A DNA stretch of 54,965 nt from an uncultured Ignavibacterium sp. (GTDB lineage Bacteria > Bacteroidota > Ignavibacteria > Tepidaquicellales > Tepidaquicellaceae): assembly GCA_964527915.1 (NCBI GenBank), contig CAZGNS010000001.1, positions 1-54,965 of the forward strand. The letters are read 5' to 3'. The translations under genes were made by a program, and so were the position numbers. Positions 35,495 to 45,435 of the stretch are shown here, in pieces; the first letter of the stretch is position 1, and each line of letters opens with the position of its first letter. The notes under the pieces are model-generated. The model searched no databases. It saw nothing but the letters and a program-made list of their open reading frames with translations, and was not told the DNA's origin.

Positions 35495-38041
35495 TTAGGT
35501 TTTAATTATCACAAATGTAATATCGTCATTTTGTTCAGCCTGTCCTCTGAAGTTTTCTATATCTTTTATAATGAAACTTTCCAGAGAATTAATGTCGAGC
35601 TGACGATTATTCAAAATTAAATTATTCATTCTTTCAAATCCATACTCTTCGTTATTCATGTTCATTGCTTCATTCACGCCGTCAGTGTATAAAAAGTACA
35701 CTGTATCAGGTTCAATTTTCGTTATTGATTCTTCAAGGTTACTTTCAAATATTCTGCCGCTTTCAAGTCCAATGCCTATTCCTTTGCTTAATATCCGGTT
35801 ATGACCCGATGCATTGTATATGCTTAAAGGAAGATGTCCTGCGCGTGCAGTAGTCAAAGTTCCGTTTTTGAAATCGAAAAGCCCGATAAGTGCTGTAATA
35901 AAAAACTTCCTGTCCATCTGTTCATAAATCTGTCTGTTTATTTCTATCAAAAGTTCTCTCGGTGAAAGAAAAAGTTCAGATGCAAACTGAATCATAGATT
36001 GAATCTTTGCCATATAAATAGCAGCCGGTATGCCTTTTCCCGATACGTCGGCAACAACAGTAAGAATTTTATCGTTACCTAAATCAATAATATCAAAAAA
36101 GTCTCCGCCAATAACTCTAGATGGAATTGATAGTCCCTTAATCCGGTATTTATCTCTGTTGATTTCAAAATCAGGTAGTAGTCCCGTCTGAATATCTTTT
36201 GCTATTTTCAGCTCTTCATCTATGATGCGATTTTTATATTCAATCTGTCTGAGCCTTGAATTTTCAAGTGAGACTGAAATCTGATACGCAATTGTTTTCA
36301 GTAAATCAATATCCTCATCGGAAAATTCTTTACCCGAATTTTTTTCTCCGAAATTCAGTGAGCCTAAAAATTTATTTTCATAAAAAAGAGGAATAGATAG
36401 TTTTATTTTATGCGAAAGAATAAATGCAGTTTCTTCGTCCGTAAGATTCAGCTCTCTAAAAAACGCAGGATACAGAACTACAGGTTCGGCATTATTTCTG
36501 AAAAGTTTCAGATGTATTTCATCAATATATTTTCTGTCTTTATCATCGCAGTCAATCAGAGCAGGCACTTCAGCAACATCTTCGTATCTTTTGTTGGTTA
36601 TGCAAAGTTTCATTATGTCGATTCCGATTGAACTGAAAATTTCATTTTTAGTTCTTGAAATTATTTCATTGAAATCTGAAATAAAAGATATTTCACCACT
36701 GAATTTCAGTAATGATTTTCTGTAATTATATTTTTCTCTGTAAAATAATCTGTCAACGAGTTCAACTGATTTGTTATTGACATAATCAAATGTAAATGTT
36801 GCAATGATTATGAATGCGATAATAAAAAGCTGCTTGCTGTTTTCAAAGTATTCTCCTGCAAATCTGTTCAGCAGAAACACCATAAAAAGATATACAGCAA
36901 GTATCATAAAAGATACAATGCCAAGTACAATACTCTTTTTTATAATATATTCAGTATCAAGAATGCGGTATTTTATGATGCTGTAACCGAATGAGAAGGG
37001 GATTGCGAGTACAAGTATAATCGGAGTAAATTCCAGAGGTTTGAAAAGGAAGTAAGGTTTCGGAAAAGCGAGCAAAAAAATCAGATAATATGCGAATCCT
37101 ACCGCACCAATTAAAAAACCATTCCGTATAATCAGAACGGACTTTTTCAGATTATTGTCTTTAATTTTTCTGATGCTGTCTATAAAGATTATTACTCCGG
37201 TTATAGTTATAATCATCGGAAGTACTTCTGAAATTATTCGTGACAGGTAAAATATATATCTGTGCAATATCAGATTATAGACAATACCTGCCGTTACTGC
37301 TATAACAGGAATACAATATACTGCAATAATAATTTTTCTCCTGTGTCTGAATTCGCGTCTCAGTGGATATGAAAGGAAGAAATGGAAGAATATAGAAGAA
37401 ATAAAAATTACAGATATAAACCCAAGAGTAAAATAAATTCTGTTTATTATTCCGAATGGATAAGTTTGTGCCGCAGCATCATAAAAATTAAAAATTCTCA
37501 TATCCGAATACAAAATCAAACCCAGCGAAGATGTTATTCCGATTAAATAAAAAAGTTTTGCCGTGAGTTCCTGCGGTTTTGAATAACCGACTATAAAACC
37601 GAAAATCAGGAATCCCATACCCATCATCCATAAAGTATTGAAAAGAACATTGAACAACTTATATACCCTCACATGCAAATCGATTATACTGTTATCTCGA
37701 ATGACAGTATAAATTACATCTTCATCAGAATATTGATTTAAAATTGCCATACCGTCATTGTATGTCCTGAATTGCACTCCGTTTAAAGCTATCAGTATAT
37801 CGTTATTCTTTAATCCTGCAGCTTCGGAAACTCCGCCTGAAATTACATTTGAAATTCTGAAACCTATCATTTCAGATTGCGAGTAACTTACGGGTGACCA
37901 TAAGCAGTCGTCAGTAGTCATTCTGAAAAGATAGTTTGTTGTATAAAAACTGTATAGATTAAGCAATAAAGCAATGACCGCAATAAATGTATAAAGCGAC
38001 CTGAGAAATCTATCTTTATTGTTGCTTCTATACATCTGCAT
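35495..38041 (-). CDS. PDZ / polytopic membrane / GAF-like / SpoIIE-type PP2C phosphatase (copy A, motifs intact)
   Basis: 848 aa. PDZ (GGVSEAAGLKNNDILIALNG), about 10 TM helices, GAF-like segment, then GGDFFD, ADVSGKGIPAA, LYTDG (Asp codon 35681-35683), NDDITFV. Confidence 0.8.
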   Translation of the reverse strand: MQMYRSNNKDRFLRSLYTFIAVIALLLNLYSFYTTNYLFRMTTDDCLWSPVSYSQSEMIGFRISNVISGGVSEAAGLKNNDILIALNGVQFRTYNDGMAILNQYSDEDVIYTVIRDNSIIDLHVRVYKLFNVLFNTLWMMGMGFLIFGFIVGYSKPQELTAKLFYLIGITSSLGLILYSDMRIFNFYDAAAQTYPFGIINRIYFTLGFISVIFISSIFFHFFLSYPLRREFRHRRKIIIAVYCIPVIAVTAGIVYNLILHRYIFYLSRIISEVLPMIITITGVIIFIDSIRKIKDNNLKKSVLIIRNGFLIGAVGFAYYLIFLLAFPKPYFLFKPLEFTPIILVLAIPFSFGYSIIKYRILDTEYIIKKSIVLGIVSFMILAVYLFMVFLLNRFAGEYFENSKQLFIIAFIIIATFTFDYVNNKSVELVDRLFYREKYNYRKSLLKFSGEISFISDFNEIISRTKNEIFSSIGIDIMKLCITNKRYEDVAEVPALIDCDDKDRKYIDEIHLKLFRNNAEPVVLYPAFFRELNLTDEETAFILSHKIKLSIPLFYENKFLGSLNFGEKNSGKEFSDEDIDLLKTIAYQISVSLENSRLRQIEYKNRIIDEELKIAKDIQTGLLPDFEINRDKYRIKGLSIPSRVIGGDFFDIIDLGNDKILTVVADVSGKGIPAAIYMAKIQSMIQFASELFLSPRELLIEINRQIYEQMDRKFFITALIGLFDFKNGTLTTARAGHLPLSIYNASGHNRILSKGIGIGLESGRIFESNLEESITKIEPDTVYFLYTDGVNEAMNMNNEEYGFERMNNLILNNRQLDINSLESFIIKDIENFRGQAEQNDDITFVIIKT

Positions 38042-40520
38042 TAAATTTAATAATTAAATATAATAAGTCATCAACCTGCATCGCATTGCCTTTAAATGAA
38101 TTAATCATTTCCATCAGTCTGTCGGAAATATCTTTGGATTTGAGATTTCTATTTTTTAATATCAGATTGTTAACCAAGTCCATTGAAAGTTCATCGCCTT
38201 CTGAATTTTTTACTTTTGTAAGACCGTTAGTGTAAAATAAAAAGATATCGTTTTTTTCATATTTAATAATGACATCTTCTATATTCTCACTGAATATATC
38301 ATTACCTGCAATACCGAGTGCAATGCCTTTGGAATTAATTGTATGAATGTTGTTGTCGGAAAATCGTATCGCGGGACAATTTCCTCCTCGTGCAAGTGAG
38401 ATAGTTTTATCAGACGGATTTATGATAGCAATCGACATCGTTATAAATCCGTTCCTTTCAATTTTTTTATATGTCCAAGCATTTATATTCTTCAATATAT
38501 CTGAGGGGAATGAAAAGTGTTTGGCTGCAATATGGATAAGTGATTGCAACTTTGCCATATACATCGCAGCAGGAATACCTTTAAGAGAAATATCTGATAT
38601 TGAGAGCAGAATTTTATTATCATCAATTTTTATCAAATCAAAAAAGTCGCCACCGACAGACTGATAGGGGATATTTACACCGTATATATCCAGCCGTCTA
38701 TCTATGCGGAAGTTTTTCGGAAAAAGACCTTTCTGTATATTTGATGCAATCTGTATTTCTTCACCAATATGAAGTTTTTCAATCTCTTTTATCCGCAATC
38801 GTGCGTTATCAATAGTAAGTGCTATTTGATTTGCAAGTGTGCTGAGCAGGTCTATATCCTTTTCAGAATATGAAGAGGCTGCCGCAGAAGATTTCGGTGA
38901 TAAATTCAATGCTGCAATAAGTTCATTTTTGAAAATGACAGGTACTGTCAGAATGATATTTCGGGATTTGATTATTTTTATGAAATCCTCAGGAAAACCC
39001 TTTGAATAAATGTAATTGTCATCAAGTAATACGGGTTCAGATTTGTTACTGAAAATTTCACGGAATATTTTGTCTGCATTTTTGTCCCCGGAAATTGTAT
39101 TTTCATTAATGACATTTAAATTTGCGTCCGGATTAATCCATAGACAGATATCGGTAACCTGCATGGAGTCTTTTATCTCTTTTATTGCTGAAGAAATGAT
39201 ATCGTTAGCGTTCTGATATTTAGGAAGTGCGCGTGAAAAATTCAGAAGAGTTTCTCTGTAATTATAGCGGTTACGGAAAAAATTTCTGTCAACAAAACTT
39301 TTAACTTTTTTATTAATAGCATCAAAAAATAAAATCAAAGCGACAAGAATAATAATAAGAATTATCTGTCTGTAATTGCCCGGATTTATACTTATTAATG
39401 TATCGACAATATAATAAATGATAAAGTATGCAGATACAATTAAAATTGATATTACAAAAAATACCATTCCTTTTTTAATGATATTTTCGGTATCGAGAAT
39501 TTTAAATTTATAAATTGAATAGCCGAAAGATAAAGGAATCGCAAGAACAAGTAATGACGGCATTCTGAGCCATATACTTCCTGATTTTTCTGAAATGAAA
39601 TATGAGAAAATAAAAAAGTAATAGAGAAATCCAATTAATCCAATTATAAGTCCGTAAAGAATATACTTAAGGCTTTTATTCGGTTTCAATTTATTATAAG
39701 ACTTTATAAAGAAATAAATTCCTGCTACTATAAATAGCAGTGGCAGGTATGTGAGTACATACATAACAATCTCTAAAGCCCTAGGCAAACCGGGGGGAAT
39801 CAGATATAAAATTGCTTCCAATACAAAAATCAAAATATACAAAAGAGGAATGATGAGTTTTCTTCTACTGAAATTATATTTTAAAGGATACAGCAGAAAA
39901 AAATGGCAGAATGCAGGGAAAAACATTATCAGGCATAACTGATAGTTATATACAAGAAAGCTTTCAGTACTTATGTAATTGTTAACCCCACCATACATAA
40001 GCAAGCCAAGAGCAGCAGTAAATCCTAATAAATAAAATACAATTGAAGTTACATCATCCGGTTTTGAATATGCGACTACAAATCCGTTAATCAGAAATCC
40101 TAAACCCAGTAATGCAAAGATAAAAAATATAAGATGGAAGTATCGGCTTACCTGACATTCCACAATAAACACCTGATGGTCTCTGAGTACGGTATATTCG
40201 AGAGGAATGTCAGTATTGCTACCGACCAGAACTTTATGGTAAATTTCAAAAGATTTTATGTTTATGCCGTTGATTTCCAGAAGGATATCTCCCGGTTTGA
40301 TGCCGCATTTATCAGCACCGCTTCCGCTTCTGACTGACCTTATCGGCAAGCCTTCAAATGCATCAGTCTTTATCGAATTAAAAGAATTGAAAACGAGACC
40401 ATCGGTTACAAGCTTTTCAGAGATTGAAGCTCTGTAAAAAGGTATTACCCATAATATTAATGCATAAATAAATGAAATTAATATTAGTAACTTTACGATA
40501 TTTTTTCTTGTCCGATTCAA
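38028..40520 (-). CDS. PDZ / polytopic membrane / GAF-like / SpoIIE-type PP2C domain protein (copy B, degenerate metal-binding motifs)
   Basis: 830 aa with the same architecture as copy A. GGDFFD is present, but it has SDISLKG instead of DVSGKG and FYTNG instead of YTDG (Asn codon AAC at 38226-38228). VDDLLYL is retained. 14-nt overlap with copy A. Confidence 0.8.
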   Translation of the reverse strand: MNRTRKNIVKLLILISFIYALILWVIPFYRASISEKLVTDGLVFNSFNSIKTDAFEGLPIRSVRSGSGADKCGIKPGDILLEINGINIKSFEIYHKVLVGSNTDIPLEYTVLRDHQVFIVECQVSRYFHLIFFIFALLGLGFLINGFVVAYSKPDDVTSIVFYLLGFTAALGLLMYGGVNNYISTESFLVYNYQLCLIMFFPAFCHFFLLYPLKYNFSRRKLIIPLLYILIFVLEAILYLIPPGLPRALEIVMYVLTYLPLLFIVAGIYFFIKSYNKLKPNKSLKYILYGLIIGLIGFLYYFFIFSYFISEKSGSIWLRMPSLLVLAIPLSFGYSIYKFKILDTENIIKKGMVFFVISILIVSAYFIIYYIVDTLISINPGNYRQIILIIILVALILFFDAINKKVKSFVDRNFFRNRYNYRETLLNFSRALPKYQNANDIISSAIKEIKDSMQVTDICLWINPDANLNVINENTISGDKNADKIFREIFSNKSEPVLLDDNYIYSKGFPEDFIKIIKSRNIILTVPVIFKNELIAALNLSPKSSAAASSYSEKDIDLLSTLANQIALTIDNARLRIKEIEKLHIGEEIQIASNIQKGLFPKNFRIDRRLDIYGVNIPYQSVGGDFFDLIKIDDNKILLSISDISLKGIPAAMYMAKLQSLIHIAAKHFSFPSDILKNINAWTYKKIERNGFITMSIAIINPSDKTISLARGGNCPAIRFSDNNIHTINSKGIALGIAGNDIFSENIEDVIIKYEKNDIFLFYTNGLTKVKNSEGDELSMDLVNNLILKNRNLKSKDISDRLMEMINSFKGNAMQVDDLLYLIIKFNADV

Positions 40521-40563
40521 ACAATTAAATTTATAATGATTATACGATTCATAATCATTTTTG

Positions 40564-43296
40564 TTATAGGTCGTAACCTAAAGAGAAATAAAATGTATAA
40601 GGACTGAAAACGAAAGTATCTTTTGAAATACCTTTGTAAATTATAAAGCATCTTCCTCCCGAGAAACTAGCCTTGCCGATAGGGGTATCAAACTGCAGTG
40701 ATATACCCAAGCCATGCCTCAGGTCTTTGAACCTTATATCTTCTGTATTTTCCCAAAGCCTTCCCAAGTCATATCTTGCCGCAACGTAAGTAGGAAAAAA
40801 TAATTTAAAAGGTAAACTGTATCTATACTGAACAGATGCAATTAGTATCTGATTACCCCTTAGCTCATCTTCCTTCATTCCGAAAAAGGAATTTTCTCCT
40901 CCAAAAGAAAATTGTTCATTCAGAGGAGTTGTCTTATCCGCAAAACCAAAAATAAATTTCGGTTTCAGATTGCTTGAAGATGAAAGTCTGAAGTAACTTT
41001 CTAAATCTATATAAAGGCGATTGTATGTATCTTCTCCCCTTAATCTGTTCTGTGCGGTTTCATAATAATAATTTATAAATGAACCTGAATTAGGGAACGG
41101 ATAATCGTCTCTTGTATCGATTCTACCGCCGAAAAGGAATTTGAAAATTTTGTTGTCAGTTTCATTAGGAAAATCAGTAATATTTTTAATACGGAGATTT
41201 TCTATACTTACTTTTCCGAATATTGTACCGATACGTTCGATTTGTGCTCCAATCATCAGAGAAGCACCGTATTTGCTGTCTCTGTACTCAGCAATTTTAT
41301 TTACATCAAAAACTTTATCCTGCAGCCTTATAGTTTCCGAGTAGTCTGAAACATCTCTGGAAATGTAATATCCCGCCAGATTATATGTCAGGTCAGTTCC
41401 GAAAAAATTATTCTGTTTGAATTCGCCTTTTATCTCCTGACGCTTTGCACCTCCGGAAAAAGTTATACCTGATTCTATACCATAACCGAAAATATTTTCG
41501 TCTCGTGCGTCTGCCAATACCTGAAAGTTATAGACATTATCAACTCTTACGGAGAATGTGATGTTCTTTGAACTTTTTTCTATCAGATTAATATTTGCCT
41601 GAATGTAACCGCTGTCTAAAGATTTATAACTGATACTGGCTTGTCTGAAAAGATTTGTACCGAATATATTTTTCAGTGAACTTTCGGCTTCGTTCTTTAA
41701 AATAGGTTGATTATATTTAAAAAATATTTCTCCGTTTATATATGAATTTTTTGTCTGCTCATTTCCTATGATATTTATCCTTTCTAGTTTTCCGTCTGAT
41801 ATATTTACCTTAAGGATACCCGAGTTATAGTCAAAATGAAATTCCGAAATATCCGCAGATGTAATCATATTTTGTCTCAATGCGGTTTTTATGTCTTCAA
41901 AAAGTTTTTCCGCTGACTTCAGGTTAAACGGCTTTCCAGAGTATTGTGCATAAAAATCAGATGTAATTTTGTCTGTAAAATCGAATGATGATTTTACTTT
42001 AATCTTATTTAGTTTCGGATTTTCGATATAGTCATATTCAAGTTTCACTCCTTCATCATCCCTATAAGTGACTGCATAAACTTTATTGTATATGCCAAGT
42101 TTGTAAATTTCTTTTAAAGTTTTTTCTATAGTTATATATTTCAGAAAAGAAATTTCCTGCTCACTTTTTATTTTGTTTACAAGACTATCCGGAAGAAAAT
42201 TATTCCTGAAATATATTTTAGGATTCACAAGGAAATAATTATATTTATCAGATTTCAACGACTCTAAAGAATCTACTGTATTCAGAATCTTTGATATACA
42301 TTTTTCTGTTGCTTCGGTTCCTTTACTTTCAATGAGTCCTAAATCGGAAAAATCGTCACCCGATATATCCTTAAGCTCCGGCTCAATTGTAAAATCCGAT
42401 AATGAAAGTTGCATTTTATTTAGCTGGTCCATCGTGATGGATAATATTTGGTCTGCGGTATTAATAGGATTGCTCTTTATCTCTTCTGCAGTTTTCAGAG
42501 GACTTGTCGTATTAACAGAAATGACGAATTCCGCACCTAAATCTTTTACAACCGAAACAGGAATATTTGCCGTTAATCCGCCGTCCACATAATTATGATT
42601 ATTTATTATCGTCGGGTGGTATAGCAAAGGAAAAGTAAAAGAAGCTTTTACGCATTCTGTGATATTACCTGACCTGAAAACTTCTCTGCTGCCGTTATCT
42701 AAGTTTGTTGCAACAGACGCAAAGGGTATCTTCAATGAATTGAAATCCGGTTCCGGTTTATATCTGGCATTAAGAAAAATTGTATTTAATATTTCGGTAA
42801 TTTTCTGTCCCGTTGAAAGTGAAGTCGGGAGTAAAGGCTTTATACCTTCAAGTGAAATTGTAAAAAGTGCTTTATCCTGAACAATTTTCTGGTCAGGATA
42901 TAGAAATTCTCTTGTATATTTATTTGATAAAGACAAACTTTTTTTCCAGTCAATTGACCTGAACATACTGTCCAATTCCTGTACCGTATATCCTGATGAA
43001 TAAAGGCTTCCGATTATACTGCCAATACTTGTGCCTACAATTATATCAGGTTCTATATTATATTTGTTAAATACCTGCAGAACACCGAGCTGCGATATGC
43101 CCCGGGAGCCGCCGCCACTAAGTGCCAATCCGATTTTCAACTTGTTTGTTTTTTTCGGTAAAGCATTGAACTTGTTTGTGTCAATTCCTGTCCCTGCAAA
43201 ATAACCGATTGTTATGGTATCACGCGGCAATTCCTGTCCGAAAGCAATTATCGGAAGAAATAAAAATAAAAATAATATGTATATAAATTTATTCAA
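40564..43296 (-). CDS. Patatin-like phospholipase fused to a POTRA/Omp85 (BamA-like) beta-barrel, PlpD-like
   Basis: 910 aa. Signal peptide, oxyanion GGGSRG, nucleophile GTSIGS, DGG catalytic Asp motif. The C-terminal ~350 aa is beta-barrel-like and ends ...FYFSLGYDL. Confidence 0.8.
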   Translation of the reverse strand: MNKFIYILFLFLFLPIIAFGQELPRDTITIGYFAGTGIDTNKFNALPKKTNKLKIGLALSGGGSRGISQLGVLQVFNKYNIEPDIIVGTSIGSIIGSLYSSGYTVQELDSMFRSIDWKKSLSLSNKYTREFLYPDQKIVQDKALFTISLEGIKPLLPTSLSTGQKITEILNTIFLNARYKPEPDFNSLKIPFASVATNLDNGSREVFRSGNITECVKASFTFPLLYHPTIINNHNYVDGGLTANIPVSVVKDLGAEFVISVNTTSPLKTAEEIKSNPINTADQILSITMDQLNKMQLSLSDFTIEPELKDISGDDFSDLGLIESKGTEATEKCISKILNTVDSLESLKSDKYNYFLVNPKIYFRNNFLPDSLVNKIKSEQEISFLKYITIEKTLKEIYKLGIYNKVYAVTYRDDEGVKLEYDYIENPKLNKIKVKSSFDFTDKITSDFYAQYSGKPFNLKSAEKLFEDIKTALRQNMITSADISEFHFDYNSGILKVNISDGKLERINIIGNEQTKNSYINGEIFFKYNQPILKNEAESSLKNIFGTNLFRQASISYKSLDSGYIQANINLIEKSSKNITFSVRVDNVYNFQVLADARDENIFGYGIESGITFSGGAKRQEIKGEFKQNNFFGTDLTYNLAGYYISRDVSDYSETIRLQDKVFDVNKIAEYRDSKYGASLMIGAQIERIGTIFGKVSIENLRIKNITDFPNETDNKIFKFLFGGRIDTRDDYPFPNSGSFINYYYETAQNRLRGEDTYNRLYIDLESYFRLSSSSNLKPKFIFGFADKTTPLNEQFSFGGENSFFGMKEDELRGNQILIASVQYRYSLPFKLFFPTYVAARYDLGRLWENTEDIRFKDLRHGLGISLQFDTPIGKASFSGGRCFIIYKGISKDTFVFSPYTFYFSLGYDL

Positions 43297-44698
43297 ATGC
43301 GACTTTATCTTTAAATTTAATAACTAATCCTGTAAAATAAAATAGCATACCTGTTACCAATCCCGGATATAATGGTTCGATACCTAATGGATATGCATTG
43401 CCGTTTACATCTTTATTAATTAATCCGATAATTAACCAGACGAGAGAAACTACAGTAGAGCCTATCATTGATGTAAGGATGAATTTTGAATTGATTCTCA
43501 GTTTAAGGAAATATGACGATACTACCGCAACCAGCAGTCCCGGTATTGTAATTGTTCCGAGAGTGTACCACATGTCAACGACAGAAGGAATAAAAAGCGG
43601 AATGCATAAAGATATGATAGAAGCGATTACGATACCGATTTTTGTATAATAATTATTAATATCCTTTTTGCCTGAAAGATTTCCGATTATATCTCTCCCT
43701 ATAGTTGTAGCTGAAATAAACAGATTGCTGTGTAAAGTAGAAAGTATAGTTGCAAGCATTCCGACATAAAAAATTCCTTTTGCAACATCAGGCAACACAT
43801 TGTCGGCAAGAACGGGATAAGACATTGCGGGATTATCCAGATGTTTAATCGAACCGGCAGCATATAGTCCCGCAGTCGTTGTCATAAGGTCAAATATAAT
43901 CCAGAAAATTAAAGAAATAAAAACGCCGGTACGTGCAGTCTTCTCGGACTTTGCTGCATAGCATCTCTGATGAAATGTAGGGTCAACAATTGCCCATAGT
44001 CCGATAAAAAACCAGACAATTATAAACTGAGCAGACTTACCACCTGTCAGTTGAAGAAATTCGGGTTTCAGATTTGTTTTCAGAAAATCAAAACCTCCGT
44101 ACTTCATAAAGCAAAAAGGAAGAATCACACCAAAGCCTATATACATCATGATGAATTCAAGAATATTTACTTTTACATCTGCATTAAGACCGCCTTTATA
44201 AAGGAATGAAACAGAAATCAATAGACAGATAAGCATCGAGACAAAAATCGAAGTTTTGAATATAAGCTGAAATATTATTCCGAGCATAAAAACATATGGA
44301 GCAGGAGTAATCAGAAAAAAAATCAGGATAGCACCCATTACGCTTACCGGCTTGCCATAAGTTAATTTTAGTTTATCGGGTATTGTATAAAGTTTTGTGC
44401 GACGGACTTTTCCGGATAAAAAAATTGCAAATATTGTTATGAAAAGATAATAGGGGAATGCATTCAGGAACCAGCTGGAAATGCCATATCTGTAAGTGAA
44501 TTCGCCAATGCCGAGAATACCTCCGTAAAAGCTTGAAACTAAGGTTGCAACAAATGCCGGGAGAGTGATTGCTCTGCCGGCGACAAGATAATTAGTATGC
44601 GTTGAATCTGAACTTTTGGAAAAACGCCCGACGGCAATGACTGCTACAAAAAATCCTATTATAATTATAATATCTACGGTGCTGAGAGTAACTGTCAT
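43289..44698 (-). CDS. Sodium:solute symporter (SSS) family transporter
   Basis: 469 aa, about 13 TM helices. N-terminus ...YLVAGRAITLPAFVATLVSSFYGG is typical of the SSS family. Confidence 0.75.
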   Translation of the reverse strand: MTVTLSTVDIIIIIGFFVAVIAVGRFSKSSDSTHTNYLVAGRAITLPAFVATLVSSFYGGILGIGEFTYRYGISSWFLNAFPYYLFITIFAIFLSGKVRRTKLYTIPDKLKLTYGKPVSVMGAILIFFLITPAPYVFMLGIIFQLIFKTSIFVSMLICLLISVSFLYKGGLNADVKVNILEFIMMYIGFGVILPFCFMKYGGFDFLKTNLKPEFLQLTGGKSAQFIIVWFFIGLWAIVDPTFHQRCYAAKSEKTARTGVFISLIFWIIFDLMTTTAGLYAAGSIKHLDNPAMSYPVLADNVLPDVAKGIFYVGMLATILSTLHSNLFISATTIGRDIIGNLSGKKDINNYYTKIGIVIASIISLCIPLFIPSVVDMWYTLGTITIPGLLVAVVSSYFLKLRINSKFILTSMIGSTVVSLVWLIIGLINKDVNGNAYPLGIEPLYPGLVTGMLFYFTGLVIKFKDKVAFE

Positions 44699-44702
44699 TT
44701 TA

Positions 44703-45341
44703 TCATAAAAAATGTTTAATGAATAAAATCAAATCGCCTTTGCCGAATTTTATTTTAATATTCGATTTCGTTGCGAAATTCAGTGTTCCTTCACGCTTTC
44801 CGAGTTCCAGTGATTCATTTCTTAATGGATACAGAAGTCCGTCTGTTGTGATATTTTCCGCTTTCGGAAAAGGAAGGAGTGAAACAATTTCACCGGGTTT
44901 GTACTTGAATGAAACTGAATTTTTGATAAAATTGATTTTTAAATGTTCATCATATAAAGTAATATTCAGCCTTTCGTGATGCCTTTTAACAACGCTGAAA
45001 TTATTAAGATTGTGGTCTGTTCTGTCACCGATTACACCTATGACAGTTATGTTACTGAAATTATGCTCTTCGCAATATAATATACACTTTTCAAAATCCG
45101 TTGTTTCCTGGTCAAAAATTTTCATTACCGGAACATTTTTTTTGATGTACTTTAGCATGATATCAGGTTCAATAGAATCGAGGTCACCTATAATAATATC
45201 AGGTATAACTTTTGTCTTAAAAAGTTTATTCGCAGCTCCGTCAGCACATATAAGATATGGCTTAGTATTTAGTATACTTTTCAGCAGACTTCTTTTAGGA
45301 AAAATTCCGTCAAGAAGTATCACTGCATTTTTATTATTCAT
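44703..45341 (-). CDS. Thiamine pyrophosphokinase
   Basis: 212 aa. ICADGAAN, GDLDS, DFEK, GDRTDH, and a C-terminal thiamine-binding beta domain. Confidence 0.8.
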   Translation of the reverse strand: MNNKNAVILLDGIFPKRSLLKSILNTKPYLICADGAANKLFKTKVIPDIIIGDLDSIEPDIMLKYIKKNVPVMKIFDQETTDFEKCILYCEEHNFSNITVIGVIGDRTDHNLNNFSVVKRHHERLNITLYDEHLKINFIKNSVSFKYKPGEIVSLLPFPKAENITTDGLLYPLRNESLELGKREGTLNFATKSNIKIKFGKGDLILFIKHFL

Positions 45342-45435
45342 TAAGTCCTTTTGATTAATAATATAGTTTTATATTTTGTATAAAATACTTTGTAAATTTT
45401 ATAAATACAATTAATAAACTGCTTTATTTTATATA

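Noticed and set aside
40535-40559. Hairpin AATGATTAT / ATAATCATT between the patatin-Omp85 and PDZ-SpoIIE genes
   Set aside because: The stem is A/T-only (9 bp) in AT-rich DNA and has no proper U-tract on the coding (minus) strand. It is too weak to call a terminator or attenuator.
45342-45435. TPP riboswitch upstream of thiamine pyrophosphokinase
   Set aside because: No CUGAGA / ACCUGA-type conserved elements and no stable stems on the minus strand.
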